64,000 nucleotides of DNA from an uncultured bacterium (GTDB lineage: Bacteria > Poribacteria > WGA-4E > GCA-2687025): positions 353 through 64,352 of the forward strand of contig CAYYPK010000032.1 of the NCBI GenBank assembly GCA_964473525.1, written 5' to 3'. Of this stretch, positions 29,779 through 37,288 are shown piece by piece. Below the pieces are notes generated by a model that searched no databases, had not been told where the DNA came from, and saw only the letters and a list, made by a program, of their open reading frames with translations. The first letter of the stretch is position 1, and every line of letters begins with the position of its first letter. The position numbers and the translations under genes are program-made.

Positions 29779-30663
29779 ATGGCCGACAACCAGCCCTGGA
29801 CGGCACGCCGCCTCATCGAGTGGACGGCGGAACACTTCGCGAAGAGCGGCATAGAATCGCCGCGCCTCGACGCGGAGGTGCTCCTTGGGCATGCCGTCGG
29901 CCAAGACCGCATGTGGCTCTATCTGCACCACGACGACGCCGTGGCGGCGGATGCTCTCGCGATCTACCGCGAATTGGTGAAGAAGCGCGCCGACCGCATT
30001 CCCGTCGCTTACCTGACTGGAGCGAAGGAGTTCTACGCGCTGCCGTTCCGCGTGACACCGGACGTGCTCATCCCGCGGCCGGACACGGAGGATCTGGTGA
30101 AAGCGGCGCTGTCTCGGCTCGTCGCGCCCGAGGACGGCTCGCCTCTACGGGTCGCCGACATCGGCACCGGCTCCGGCGCGATTGCCGTATCGCTGGCGAA
30201 GGAATGGGCGCCGCAGGCGATCGAGATTACCGCTGTCGATGTCTCGCGAGAGGCGCTTGCGGTCGCGCGCGAAAACGCCGCCGATCTCGAAGTCGAGGAG
30301 TGTATCTCGTTCGGTGAAAGCGACCTCTTCGACGGGATTGAGGCGGGCGTCCGTTTCCACGCCGTTGTGTCGAACCCTCCCTACATCCCTTCCGGCGATC
30401 TCAATGACCTCCAGGCGGAAGTCGCGCGGCACGAGCCGCGACTCGCCCTGGACGGTGGCGCGGACGGCCTGGATGTCATCCGTCGACTGGTCGCTCAAGC
30501 GCCGGACTTCATCGAGACACGCGGTTTCCTCGCTCTGGAGGTCGGCGTCGCGCAGGCGCGAGTCGTCGCGGCGCTCGTGGGGGAGACGGGCGCGTTCGGC
30601 GCCGTTGAGATCCTGCGTGACCTCGGCGACGTGGAGCGCGTTGTTCTCGCGCCACGTTCGTGA
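29779..30663 (+). CDS. prmC: Release factor glutamine methyltransferase
   Basis: VLIPRPDTE, DIGTGSG, SNPPY and EPRLALDGG. Confidence 0.96.
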   Translation: MADNQPWTARRLIEWTAEHFAKSGIESPRLDAEVLLGHAVGQDRMWLYLHHDDAVAADALAIYRELVKKRADRIPVAYLTGAKEFYALPFRVTPDVLIPRPDTEDLVKAALSRLVAPEDGSPLRVADIGTGSGAIAVSLAKEWAPQAIEITAVDVSREALAVARENAADLEVEECISFGESDLFDGIEAGVRFHAVVSNPPYIPSGDLNDLQAEVARHEPRLALDGGADGLDVIRRLVAQAPDFIETRGFLALEVGVAQARVVAALVGETGAFGAVEILRDLGDVERVVLAPRS

Positions 30664-30675
30664 CGCCCCGATCCA

Positions 30676-31482
30676 CTACGGCTTGCGATCCGTGTCCACG
30701 GTCGGCTCGTCGTTGCTGACGAACCGGTCGATGGTGTTGTGCGTCGCCGGGCCGGTGCGGAAATCCGCAACCCACGGCTCGCGGAAGTACGCCTGCTTCT
30801 CACGCGGTAGACCTTCCAGAACGACCGGCGGAATCGTAAGCCGATGCCAGTGAGTGGCGAGATGCGCGTAGGCGTGCAGCACGCCTATGCGCGGCGTGTC
30901 GCGCTTCCACACCGGGCCAGCGTGGCAGACGTTCTCCGTGAAGAAGATCGCGCTGCCCGCCGGGCAGTCGTACCCTGTCAGGAACTCGCTCCGCTCGCCG
31001 TCTTCGAGCGAGACGTGGGCGGGGTGCATGGCGTAGTTGGACTTGTGGCTACCTGGCAGGAACACCGTGGCGCCGTCGTCCTTCTTGACGTCCGTGAGCT
31101 CGAACACGACCCGCACCATGCCCGCGTGGATCCGCCCGTGGTTCACGCGATAGCCGAAGATGGGGTCCGCCTGCTGCGGCCCGCCACCGTGCAGTGGCCC
31201 GGCGTGCTGCCCCTTCTCGCGCCACACGGAGAACGCGTTCTCCAGCCGTATGTCCGGCCCGATGATCTCGTGCAGCACTTCGATGACCGCCGGATGGTCG
31301 ATGAGCAGGCTAGCCGGCCCGCCTGGGACCGACCGGTGCTCCGGCGGCAGTGACTGCGAGTCGTGCGTTATCCTGTCTATCTGCTCGACGATCGACGCGG
31401 TCTCGTCGGACGTGAGTATCGCGGGGCGCACGAGGAATCCGGTAAGGTCGAAGCGGAAGCGCTCCTCGTCTGTCATCGGCAT
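30676..31482 (-). CDS. PhyH-family Fe(II)/2OG enzyme, HxG variant (paralog 3)
   Basis: LHGGG, LPGSHKSN and FTENVCHAG..W..DTPR. Confidence 0.88.
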   Translation of the reverse strand: MPMTDEERFRFDLTGFLVRPAILTSDETASIVEQIDRITHDSQSLPPEHRSVPGGPASLLIDHPAVIEVLHEIIGPDIRLENAFSVWREKGQHAGPLHGGGPQQADPIFGYRVNHGRIHAGMVRVVFELTDVKKDDGATVFLPGSHKSNYAMHPAHVSLEDGERSEFLTGYDCPAGSAIFFTENVCHAGPVWKRDTPRIGVLHAYAHLATHWHRLTIPPVVLEGLPREKQAYFREPWVADFRTGPATHNTIDRFVSNDEPTVDTDRKP

Positions 31483-31553
31483 GTCTGGTTCTCCTTAGCC
31501 TGCTCCCGAACCGGCGGCGACTCTGGGCCATGTCGACTGCGACCGCGAACGCC

Positions 31554-32360
31554 TCACGGCCGGGTGTCCGTGTTCACCGGCGGCTCGTCATTCCCCACGA
31601 ACCGCTCGATCGTGTTGATGGTCGCGGGCTGCGTGCGGAAGTCGGCGACCCACGGCTCACGGAAGTACGCCTGTTTCTCACGCGGCAGGCCCCGCATGAC
31701 AGCCGGCGGCGTCTTGAGGCGATGCCAATGCGTGGCGATGTGCGCGTAGGCGTGCAGGACGGCTATGCGAGGCGTGTCTCGCTGCCACACGGGACCGGCG
31801 TGGCATAGGTTCTCCGTGAAGAAGATCGCGCTCCCCGCCGGACAGTCGTAGCTTGTCAGATACTCGCTGCGCTCGCCGTCCTCGAGGGACATGTGGTCCG
31901 GGTGCATCGGGAAGTTCGACTTGTGGCTGCCAGGTATGAAGTGCGTCGCGCCGTCGGTCTTCGCGACGTCCGTTAGCTCGAAGACGACGCGCACCATACC
32001 AGCGTGGATGCGGCCATTGCTGGCGCGATACCCGAATATGGGGTCGGCCTGCTGGGAGCCGCCGCCGTGCAAGCCACCGTGGCTTTGCCCCTTCTCACGC
32101 CACACGTGCGAGCTGTTCTCTAGCCGGATGTCAGGCCCGATGATCTCGTGCAGCACCTCCAGCGCCTTTGGGTGGTCGATCAGCAGGCTGGCGGGCCCGC
32201 CAGGTACGGCGCGATGCTCTGGCGGCAGCGACTCCGGGTCGTGGGCGATCCTGTCGATCTGCTCGACAATGGTCGCGGTTTCGCCGGGCGTGAGTATCGC
32301 CGGCCGCACGAGGAATCCCGTGAGGTCGAACCGAAACCGCTCTTCGTCCGTCATGGGCAT
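31554..32360 (-). CDS. PhyH-family Fe(II)/2OG enzyme, HxG variant (paralog 2)
   Basis: LHGGG, IPGSHKSN and FTENLCHAG; 268 aa like its neighbours. Confidence 0.88.
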   Translation of the reverse strand: MPMTDEERFRFDLTGFLVRPAILTPGETATIVEQIDRIAHDPESLPPEHRAVPGGPASLLIDHPKALEVLHEIIGPDIRLENSSHVWREKGQSHGGLHGGGSQQADPIFGYRASNGRIHAGMVRVVFELTDVAKTDGATHFIPGSHKSNFPMHPDHMSLEDGERSEYLTSYDCPAGSAIFFTENLCHAGPVWQRDTPRIAVLHAYAHIATHWHRLKTPPAVMRGLPREKQAYFREPWVADFRTQPATINTIERFVGNDEPPVNTDTRP

Positions 32361-32416
32361 GACGGTCTCCCTGTCCTGGGCTGGTGTCTGTGGACCGCTT
32401 CCTGCTATCTCTCTGG

Positions 32417-33223
32417 CTACGGCCGGCGATCCGTGTTCACCGGCGGCTCCTCGTTGTCAACGAAGCGGTCGATTGTGTTGATCGTGGCTGGGTTCGTGCG
32501 GAAGTCGGCGACCCACGGCTCGCGGAAGTATGCCTGCTTCTCCCGCGGCAGACCCGCCATCACCTCAGGCGGGAAAGGCAGACGGTGCCAGTGCGTGGCG
32601 AGATGAGCATAGGCGTTCAGGACGGCTATGCGTGGTGTGTCGCGCTGCCAGATCGGACCCGCGTGACACAGGTTCTCCGTAAAGAAAATCGCGGAACCCG
32701 CCGGACACTCGTAGCTCGTGAGAAACTCGCTACGCTCCCCGTCTTCCAACGACATGTGGTCGGGGTGCATTGGGAAGTTGGACTTGTGGCTGCCGGGTAT
32801 GAAGTGCGTCGCTCCATCGTCCTTGCCGATGTCCGTCAGCTCAAAGACGACGCGCACCATGCCCGCGTGGATCTGGCCGTTGTTCACGCGATATCCGAAG
32901 ATGGGGTCTGCCTGCCGAGGGCCGCCGCCATGGAGTTCCCCGTGCCGATCGCCCTTCTCACGCCAGGCGAAGAACGAGTGCTCCAGGCGTACGTCAGGGG
33001 CGATGATTTCGTGCAGCACCTCCAAGACCTTCGGATGGTCGATGAGCACGCTAGCCGGTCCCCCAGGCACGGCCCGGTGTTCAGGCGGGAGCGACTCCGG
33101 GTCACGGATGATCCTGTCCAACTGGTCGACGATGGCGGCTACCTCGTCCGCCGTCAGGATCGCGGGGCGTATGAGGTAGCCCGTCAGGTCGAATCGGAAA
33201 CGCTCCTCGTCGGTCATTGCCAT
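32417..33223 (-). CDS. PhyH-family Fe(II)/2OG enzyme, HxG variant (paralog 1)
   Basis: LHGGG, IPGSHKSN and FTENLCHAG; RBS GGAGAAGG. Confidence 0.88.
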   Translation of the reverse strand: MAMTDEERFRFDLTGYLIRPAILTADEVAAIVDQLDRIIRDPESLPPEHRAVPGGPASVLIDHPKVLEVLHEIIAPDVRLEHSFFAWREKGDRHGELHGGGPRQADPIFGYRVNNGQIHAGMVRVVFELTDIGKDDGATHFIPGSHKSNFPMHPDHMSLEDGERSEFLTSYECPAGSAIFFTENLCHAGPIWQRDTPRIAVLNAYAHLATHWHRLPFPPEVMAGLPREKQAYFREPWVADFRTNPATINTIDRFVDNEEPPVNTDRRP

Positions 33224-33327
33224 GCTGCCTTCTCCCTATCAGCGTGATAGTCTGACCGCGTCGCCTGCCTACGAGTTCACCACGACGACCGTGGCCAAGC
33301 AACCGCGCCGCAGGGGAGGCCTCTGAG

Positions 33328-34704
33328 ATGATCTATCGCCAACTGTTCCACAGGCTGGGAGTGGACCGAACGGTCGCGGTCGGCGTCATCGGGACCGGGC
33401 ACTATGCCACCGCCGTTGTCACCCAGTCGGCGCACATCCCTGAGCTGCGCGTGTCCGTCGTCTGTGATGTGGATGTTGAGGCGGCAAGAGGCGCGTTCGA
33501 GCGCGCGGGAACGCATGACTACGTGGTGTGCGGGTCGTCGGCGCAGGCGTTGCGCGCCATCGAAAGTGGCAGACCCGCGATCGTGCAGGACGCCGACCAC
33601 CTCATGTCTCTCCCCGTGGACGTGGTCGTTGAGTCGACCGGCATCGCTGAGGCCGCCGCGCAGCACGCTGCGGCGGCCATCGACGCCGGCAAGCACGTTG
33701 CCATGGTTAGCAAAGAGGCGGACGCGACCGTCGGCCCCATCCTGAAGCGGCGGGCCGACGATGCGGGGTTGATCTATTCCGCCGTGGACGGCGATCAGCA
33801 CGGCCTGCTCATTGGGCTCGTCCAGTGGGCGCGGGATCTGGGGCTAGAAGTGCTGTGCGGCGGAAAGGCGCTTGCCTCGGACCTGGTCTATGACGAGTCA
33901 GCCAACTCGATCTCCGTGGGAGGCAGGAGCCCCGTTGGCGTGGACGATCCGTCGCTGTTCGCGCCGCGTTCGCCCGTGGACGCGCCCGATCTGGTTGGGC
34001 CGCGGCGTCAGGCCCTCGGCGCTCGCGGGGCCATCCAGGGGTACGACATCACGGAGATGACAATCGCTGCCAATGCGACGGGGTTGACGCCCGACACGGA
34101 CACGCTGCGGTGTCCTCCGACGCGCATACCAGAGATCCCCGAAGTAATGTGCCCCGAGGAGATGGGAGGCATTCTCACCGACCGGGGGGTCGCGGATTGC
34201 GTGACCTGCTTGCGCGGCCCTCACGAGGCGGGTCTAGGAGGCGGGGTGTTCGCGGTCGTGAGCTGCGAGAACGACTACTCGCGCGACATGCTCATGTCTA
34301 AGGGGCTCATCTCGAACAGCAGCGACACTGCGGCGCTCGTCTACCGTCCCTATCACCTGTGTGGGGTCGAGACGCCCATGACACTGATGGTCATGGGACT
34401 GCTAGGCGCGTCGACGGCCGCTGTGGACTACTTGCCGAGATACGACATCGTGGCCCGTGCGCGAGAGGACATGCGCGCCGGCGAAGTGGTTGGGTCGGAT
34501 CACAGCCCGAAGCTGCGCGCGATCATGCAGCCAGCGCTCCCGGTGACGCCTGGCGACCCTATCCCTCTCCACATGGCGAGCGGGCGGCGCCTCGTGTGCG
34601 ACGTCTCCGCTGGCGCGCCGCTTCTCGTTGAGATGGTCGAAGAGCCTGCGGATTCCGCGCTGTGGTTCCTGCGGCGCGAACAGGACGCACGCCTCTTGCG
34701 CTGA
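33328..34704 (+). CDS. NAD(P)-dependent oxidoreductase with C-terminal SAF domain (homoserine dehydrogenase-like)
   Basis: GVIGTGHY Rossmann motif, VVESTG, KEADATVGP, GDQHG and YRPYHLCGVE; SAF tail. Confidence 0.85.
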   Translation: MIYRQLFHRLGVDRTVAVGVIGTGHYATAVVTQSAHIPELRVSVVCDVDVEAARGAFERAGTHDYVVCGSSAQALRAIESGRPAIVQDADHLMSLPVDVVVESTGIAEAAAQHAAAAIDAGKHVAMVSKEADATVGPILKRRADDAGLIYSAVDGDQHGLLIGLVQWARDLGLEVLCGGKALASDLVYDESANSISVGGRSPVGVDDPSLFAPRSPVDAPDLVGPRRQALGARGAIQGYDITEMTIAANATGLTPDTDTLRCPPTRIPEIPEVMCPEEMGGILTDRGVADCVTCLRGPHEAGLGGGVFAVVSCENDYSRDMLMSKGLISNSSDTAALVYRPYHLCGVETPMTLMVMGLLGASTAAVDYLPRYDIVARAREDMRAGEVVGSDHSPKLRAIMQPALPVTPGDPIPLHMASGRRLVCDVSAGAPLLVEMVEEPADSALWFLRREQDARLLR

Positions 34705-34707
34705 GGC

Positions 34708-35130
34708 TCAGGGCCGTCTACCGGCGAGGAAGCCGCTCACGACGGAGGACTTCGCGACGAGGGAAACCGCGCACGGCGCGACGTACCCAACGCACACACG
34801 GCAGGCGTAGGGGATTGGACACCTGTACAGCGCGTAGAACGCTGTTCCCATGACCGCCGAGATGATGAGCGCGGCACGCACCGAGAAGCGGCGGCGGTTC
34901 CACCAGGTGCTGAAACGCACGACCACCAACGGCACGGCGTATCCCACGAGCGGTGGCGCCCATGGGAAGCACGACAGGCAGACGTTCCCGAGCAGCAACG
35001 CGGTGCCGACGAACAGCGACGCGATGACGTGCCCTAACCATGGCCTGCGCCATGTGGGAGGGTCAGGGGCAGGCGCATCAGCGGCGTCGGCCTCGGGTAG
35101 GAATATCTCGTCGTCGTGTGGCGTCTGCAT
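34708..35130 (-). CDS. Small Cys-rich membrane protein
   Basis: About 4 hydrophobic segments with CLSC and CRVC; GAACC/TACACG region upstream gives only a weak RBS; fills the gap between convergent and divergent genes. Confidence 0.55.
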   Translation of the reverse strand: MQTPHDDEIFLPEADAADAPAPDPPTWRRPWLGHVIASLFVGTALLLGNVCLSCFPWAPPLVGYAVPLVVVRFSTWWNRRRFSVRAALIISAVMGTAFYALYRCPIPYACRVCVGYVAPCAVSLVAKSSVVSGFLAGRRP

Positions 35131-35310
35131 GTTACGCGTGTAGGTTCCGAGGTGAGTTGTCGGCCGCCCCTGTCGGGAACGGCCCCGTGAGTTAGACCGA
35201 CGCGCCGCCTCGGGGTATCGCCACGGCCTGCCGTACGGGGCGTCGCCAGAATAGCGGAAACCCAACTCGCCGCCACGGCCCCTATATATACAGAAGTACG
35301 GGACCCGCAG

Positions 35311-36423
35311 ATGTTGCGCAGTACCGATGGGTTGACGGACGTCGAACTCATCAAGCTATGCCGCGATGGTGACCACGGCGCGTTCAACGCGCTGGTGGGC
35401 AGGTACCAGCACCACGTCTACGGGCTCTGCAGCTACTTCGCTGGCGACTTCGCCGCGGCGCAGGATCTGGCGCAGGAGACTTTCGTCCGCGTGTACCTTG
35501 ATCTGCACGCGCTTCGAGAGGTGGGGAAGTTCCCCGCTTGGCTTGGTCAGGTGACAACCCGTGTGTGTCGGCGGACGACGCGACGTCAGGCGAAGCATCG
35601 ACACGACGATCTGGATGCTACGCCGGAGTCGTCGCTCGTCGACGAGGGAGCCCCGTCACCAGCGGAGGCGTCGGTGGAAAGCGAGACGCGAGCGCTCGTG
35701 GCGGCGCAGGTCGCGCGACTGCCGGAAGCTCAGCGCCTGGCGGTGACAATGCACTACATGGACGGTCTCTCGTACGCGGAAATCGCCGCGTTCCTGGATG
35801 TCCCGACGACGACGATAAAGAACCGCCTACACCGCGCGCGCGGACAGCTGAAGAGGGGCCTGACAACCATGGTCGATAGCAGTTCTGGCGCCGGTCGCCT
35901 GCCCGCTGGATTCGCCGACGAGATCCTCCACGAGGCCGCTGTCGAGCGGATCGTGTGGCATCAGGCGGATGACGACGACGGCACGCAGGGCATGCCGGTG
36001 TTGGCGCTTGCCCGCAAAGGCAAGCCCGAGCGCCTCCTCCCAATCTGGGTTGGCATCGCCGAGGCGGCCGCGATTTGGTCAGCGATGAACGGCGACCCTC
36101 CTCTGCGTCCGATGACGCACGACCTGTTGGCGAACGTACTGGGAGCCGCCAACGCCACCGTGCGGCGCGTGGTCGTCTCGGACCTTGATGACCGCGTATA
36201 CAAGGGCGTGCTGCTGATCGACTTCGACGGTGTGGTCAAGGAAATCGACTGCCGACCCAGCGACGCCATCGCCATCGCCGTTCGGACAAAGTCGCCCATC
36301 CTCGTCGCGGACAGACTCACCACGCGCGACGATGCCTGGGCGCCCGCTGAGGAATTCGCCGAAGCGCTCGACCTCATGGTCGTGCCTGCGCGAGCAGCCG
36401 GGGACAGCGGCGAGGGGGCGTAG
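35311..36423 (+). CDS. ECF sigma factor fused to a bifunctional nuclease (DUF151/BFN) domain
   Basis: Sigma2 (AQDLAQETFVRVY), sigma4 (GLSYAEIAAFL..TIKNRLHRAR), then LPIWVGIAEA, RPMTHDLL and IDCRPSDAIAIA. Confidence 0.92.
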   Translation: MLRSTDGLTDVELIKLCRDGDHGAFNALVGRYQHHVYGLCSYFAGDFAAAQDLAQETFVRVYLDLHALREVGKFPAWLGQVTTRVCRRTTRRQAKHRHDDLDATPESSLVDEGAPSPAEASVESETRALVAAQVARLPEAQRLAVTMHYMDGLSYAEIAAFLDVPTTTIKNRLHRARGQLKRGLTTMVDSSSGAGRLPAGFADEILHEAAVERIVWHQADDDDGTQGMPVLALARKGKPERLLPIWVGIAEAAAIWSAMNGDPPLRPMTHDLLANVLGAANATVRRVVVSDLDDRVYKGVLLIDFDGVVKEIDCRPSDAIAIAVRTKSPILVADRLTTRDDAWAPAEEFAEALDLMVVPARAAGDSGEGA

Positions 36424-36611
36424 GGCCTCCGCGACCCGGTCGCGTTAGCATCACGCGCTGTAGACGCGCCCAAGAAGTCGCCGACACGTTCCCGCCCCCA
36501 CGCGGCCTCACAGAGCGTCCGACCCGCGCCGCTCCTCCATACCAGTCTGGTATCATGCGTCCCAAGATGGTATCCTGTGCGCGAGTCACTGACCGGTATG
36601 GAGGACGGACC

Positions 36612-37235
36612 ATGCGCACGCCCTGTCACTTTCTGTTGGCCGTCTGGCTCGCCGCATCGGTAGCCGGTTGCGGGGCAAGCTTGGTGAACCACACCGCAAC
36701 GACGGAGACCATCGGCACGCATCCGAGCTTCGTGGACGGAGACACCACGACATCCGGCACAACGGAGTTTCGGGGGCCGAGAGGCATCGGCCATCGCTCC
36801 GAGGCACTTGTAGAACTGGCGCAGCCACGGATCCTGTCGAAGATGCTTGTGGATTCGCCTGATCTGCTGTCGTTCGAGGTGTTCACACGCGATCTGGGCA
36901 CCCGGGAGTGGGTACCGCGGGCTTACCACCAGTCTTACAGGCCGTCCACGACTGGGCGGACGGAGGTGCGTCTCAAAGGGCAACCCCGATCCGACGCCGT
37001 TCTGCTACGTGTGCTCCGAACGGAGGGCGACACGAAGAACCGGGCCAGGGCCCTGACCAGTATGGAGCAGGTGTATGGCGTCGCCACGGCGCGCAACGAG
37101 GGCGCGTACGGTCTCGAACTCGGGCGTCGCGCGGTAGACACCGTGCTGGCCAGGGCGATCTCTCGCGGTGAACTGTTGAGCGTCGCGACCATCCACGAGA
37201 TAGCGCTCTTCGGCCCAGCCGAGAAACCAGAGTAG
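36612..37235 (+). CDS. Putative lipoprotein
   Basis: RBS GGAGG; lipobox VAGC after a hydrophobic stretch. Confidence 0.7.
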   Translation: MRTPCHFLLAVWLAASVAGCGASLVNHTATTETIGTHPSFVDGDTTTSGTTEFRGPRGIGHRSEALVELAQPRILSKMLVDSPDLLSFEVFTRDLGTREWVPRAYHQSYRPSTTGRTEVRLKGQPRSDAVLLRVLRTEGDTKNRARALTSMEQVYGVATARNEGAYGLELGRRAVDTVLARAISRGELLSVATIHEIALFGPAEKPE

Positions 37236-37288
37236 ACTACGCGCCGACACGTCCTACCGACGCTCCGAGGATGAGGAGGCGCGACGAC

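Larger units (their letters stand above)
30676..33223 (-). repeat. Tandem gene triplication (three 807-bp coding units)
   Basis: Three 268-aa ORFs with long identical stretches (e.g. GLPREKQAYFREPWVADFRT) and dissimilar spacers. Confidence 0.9.
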
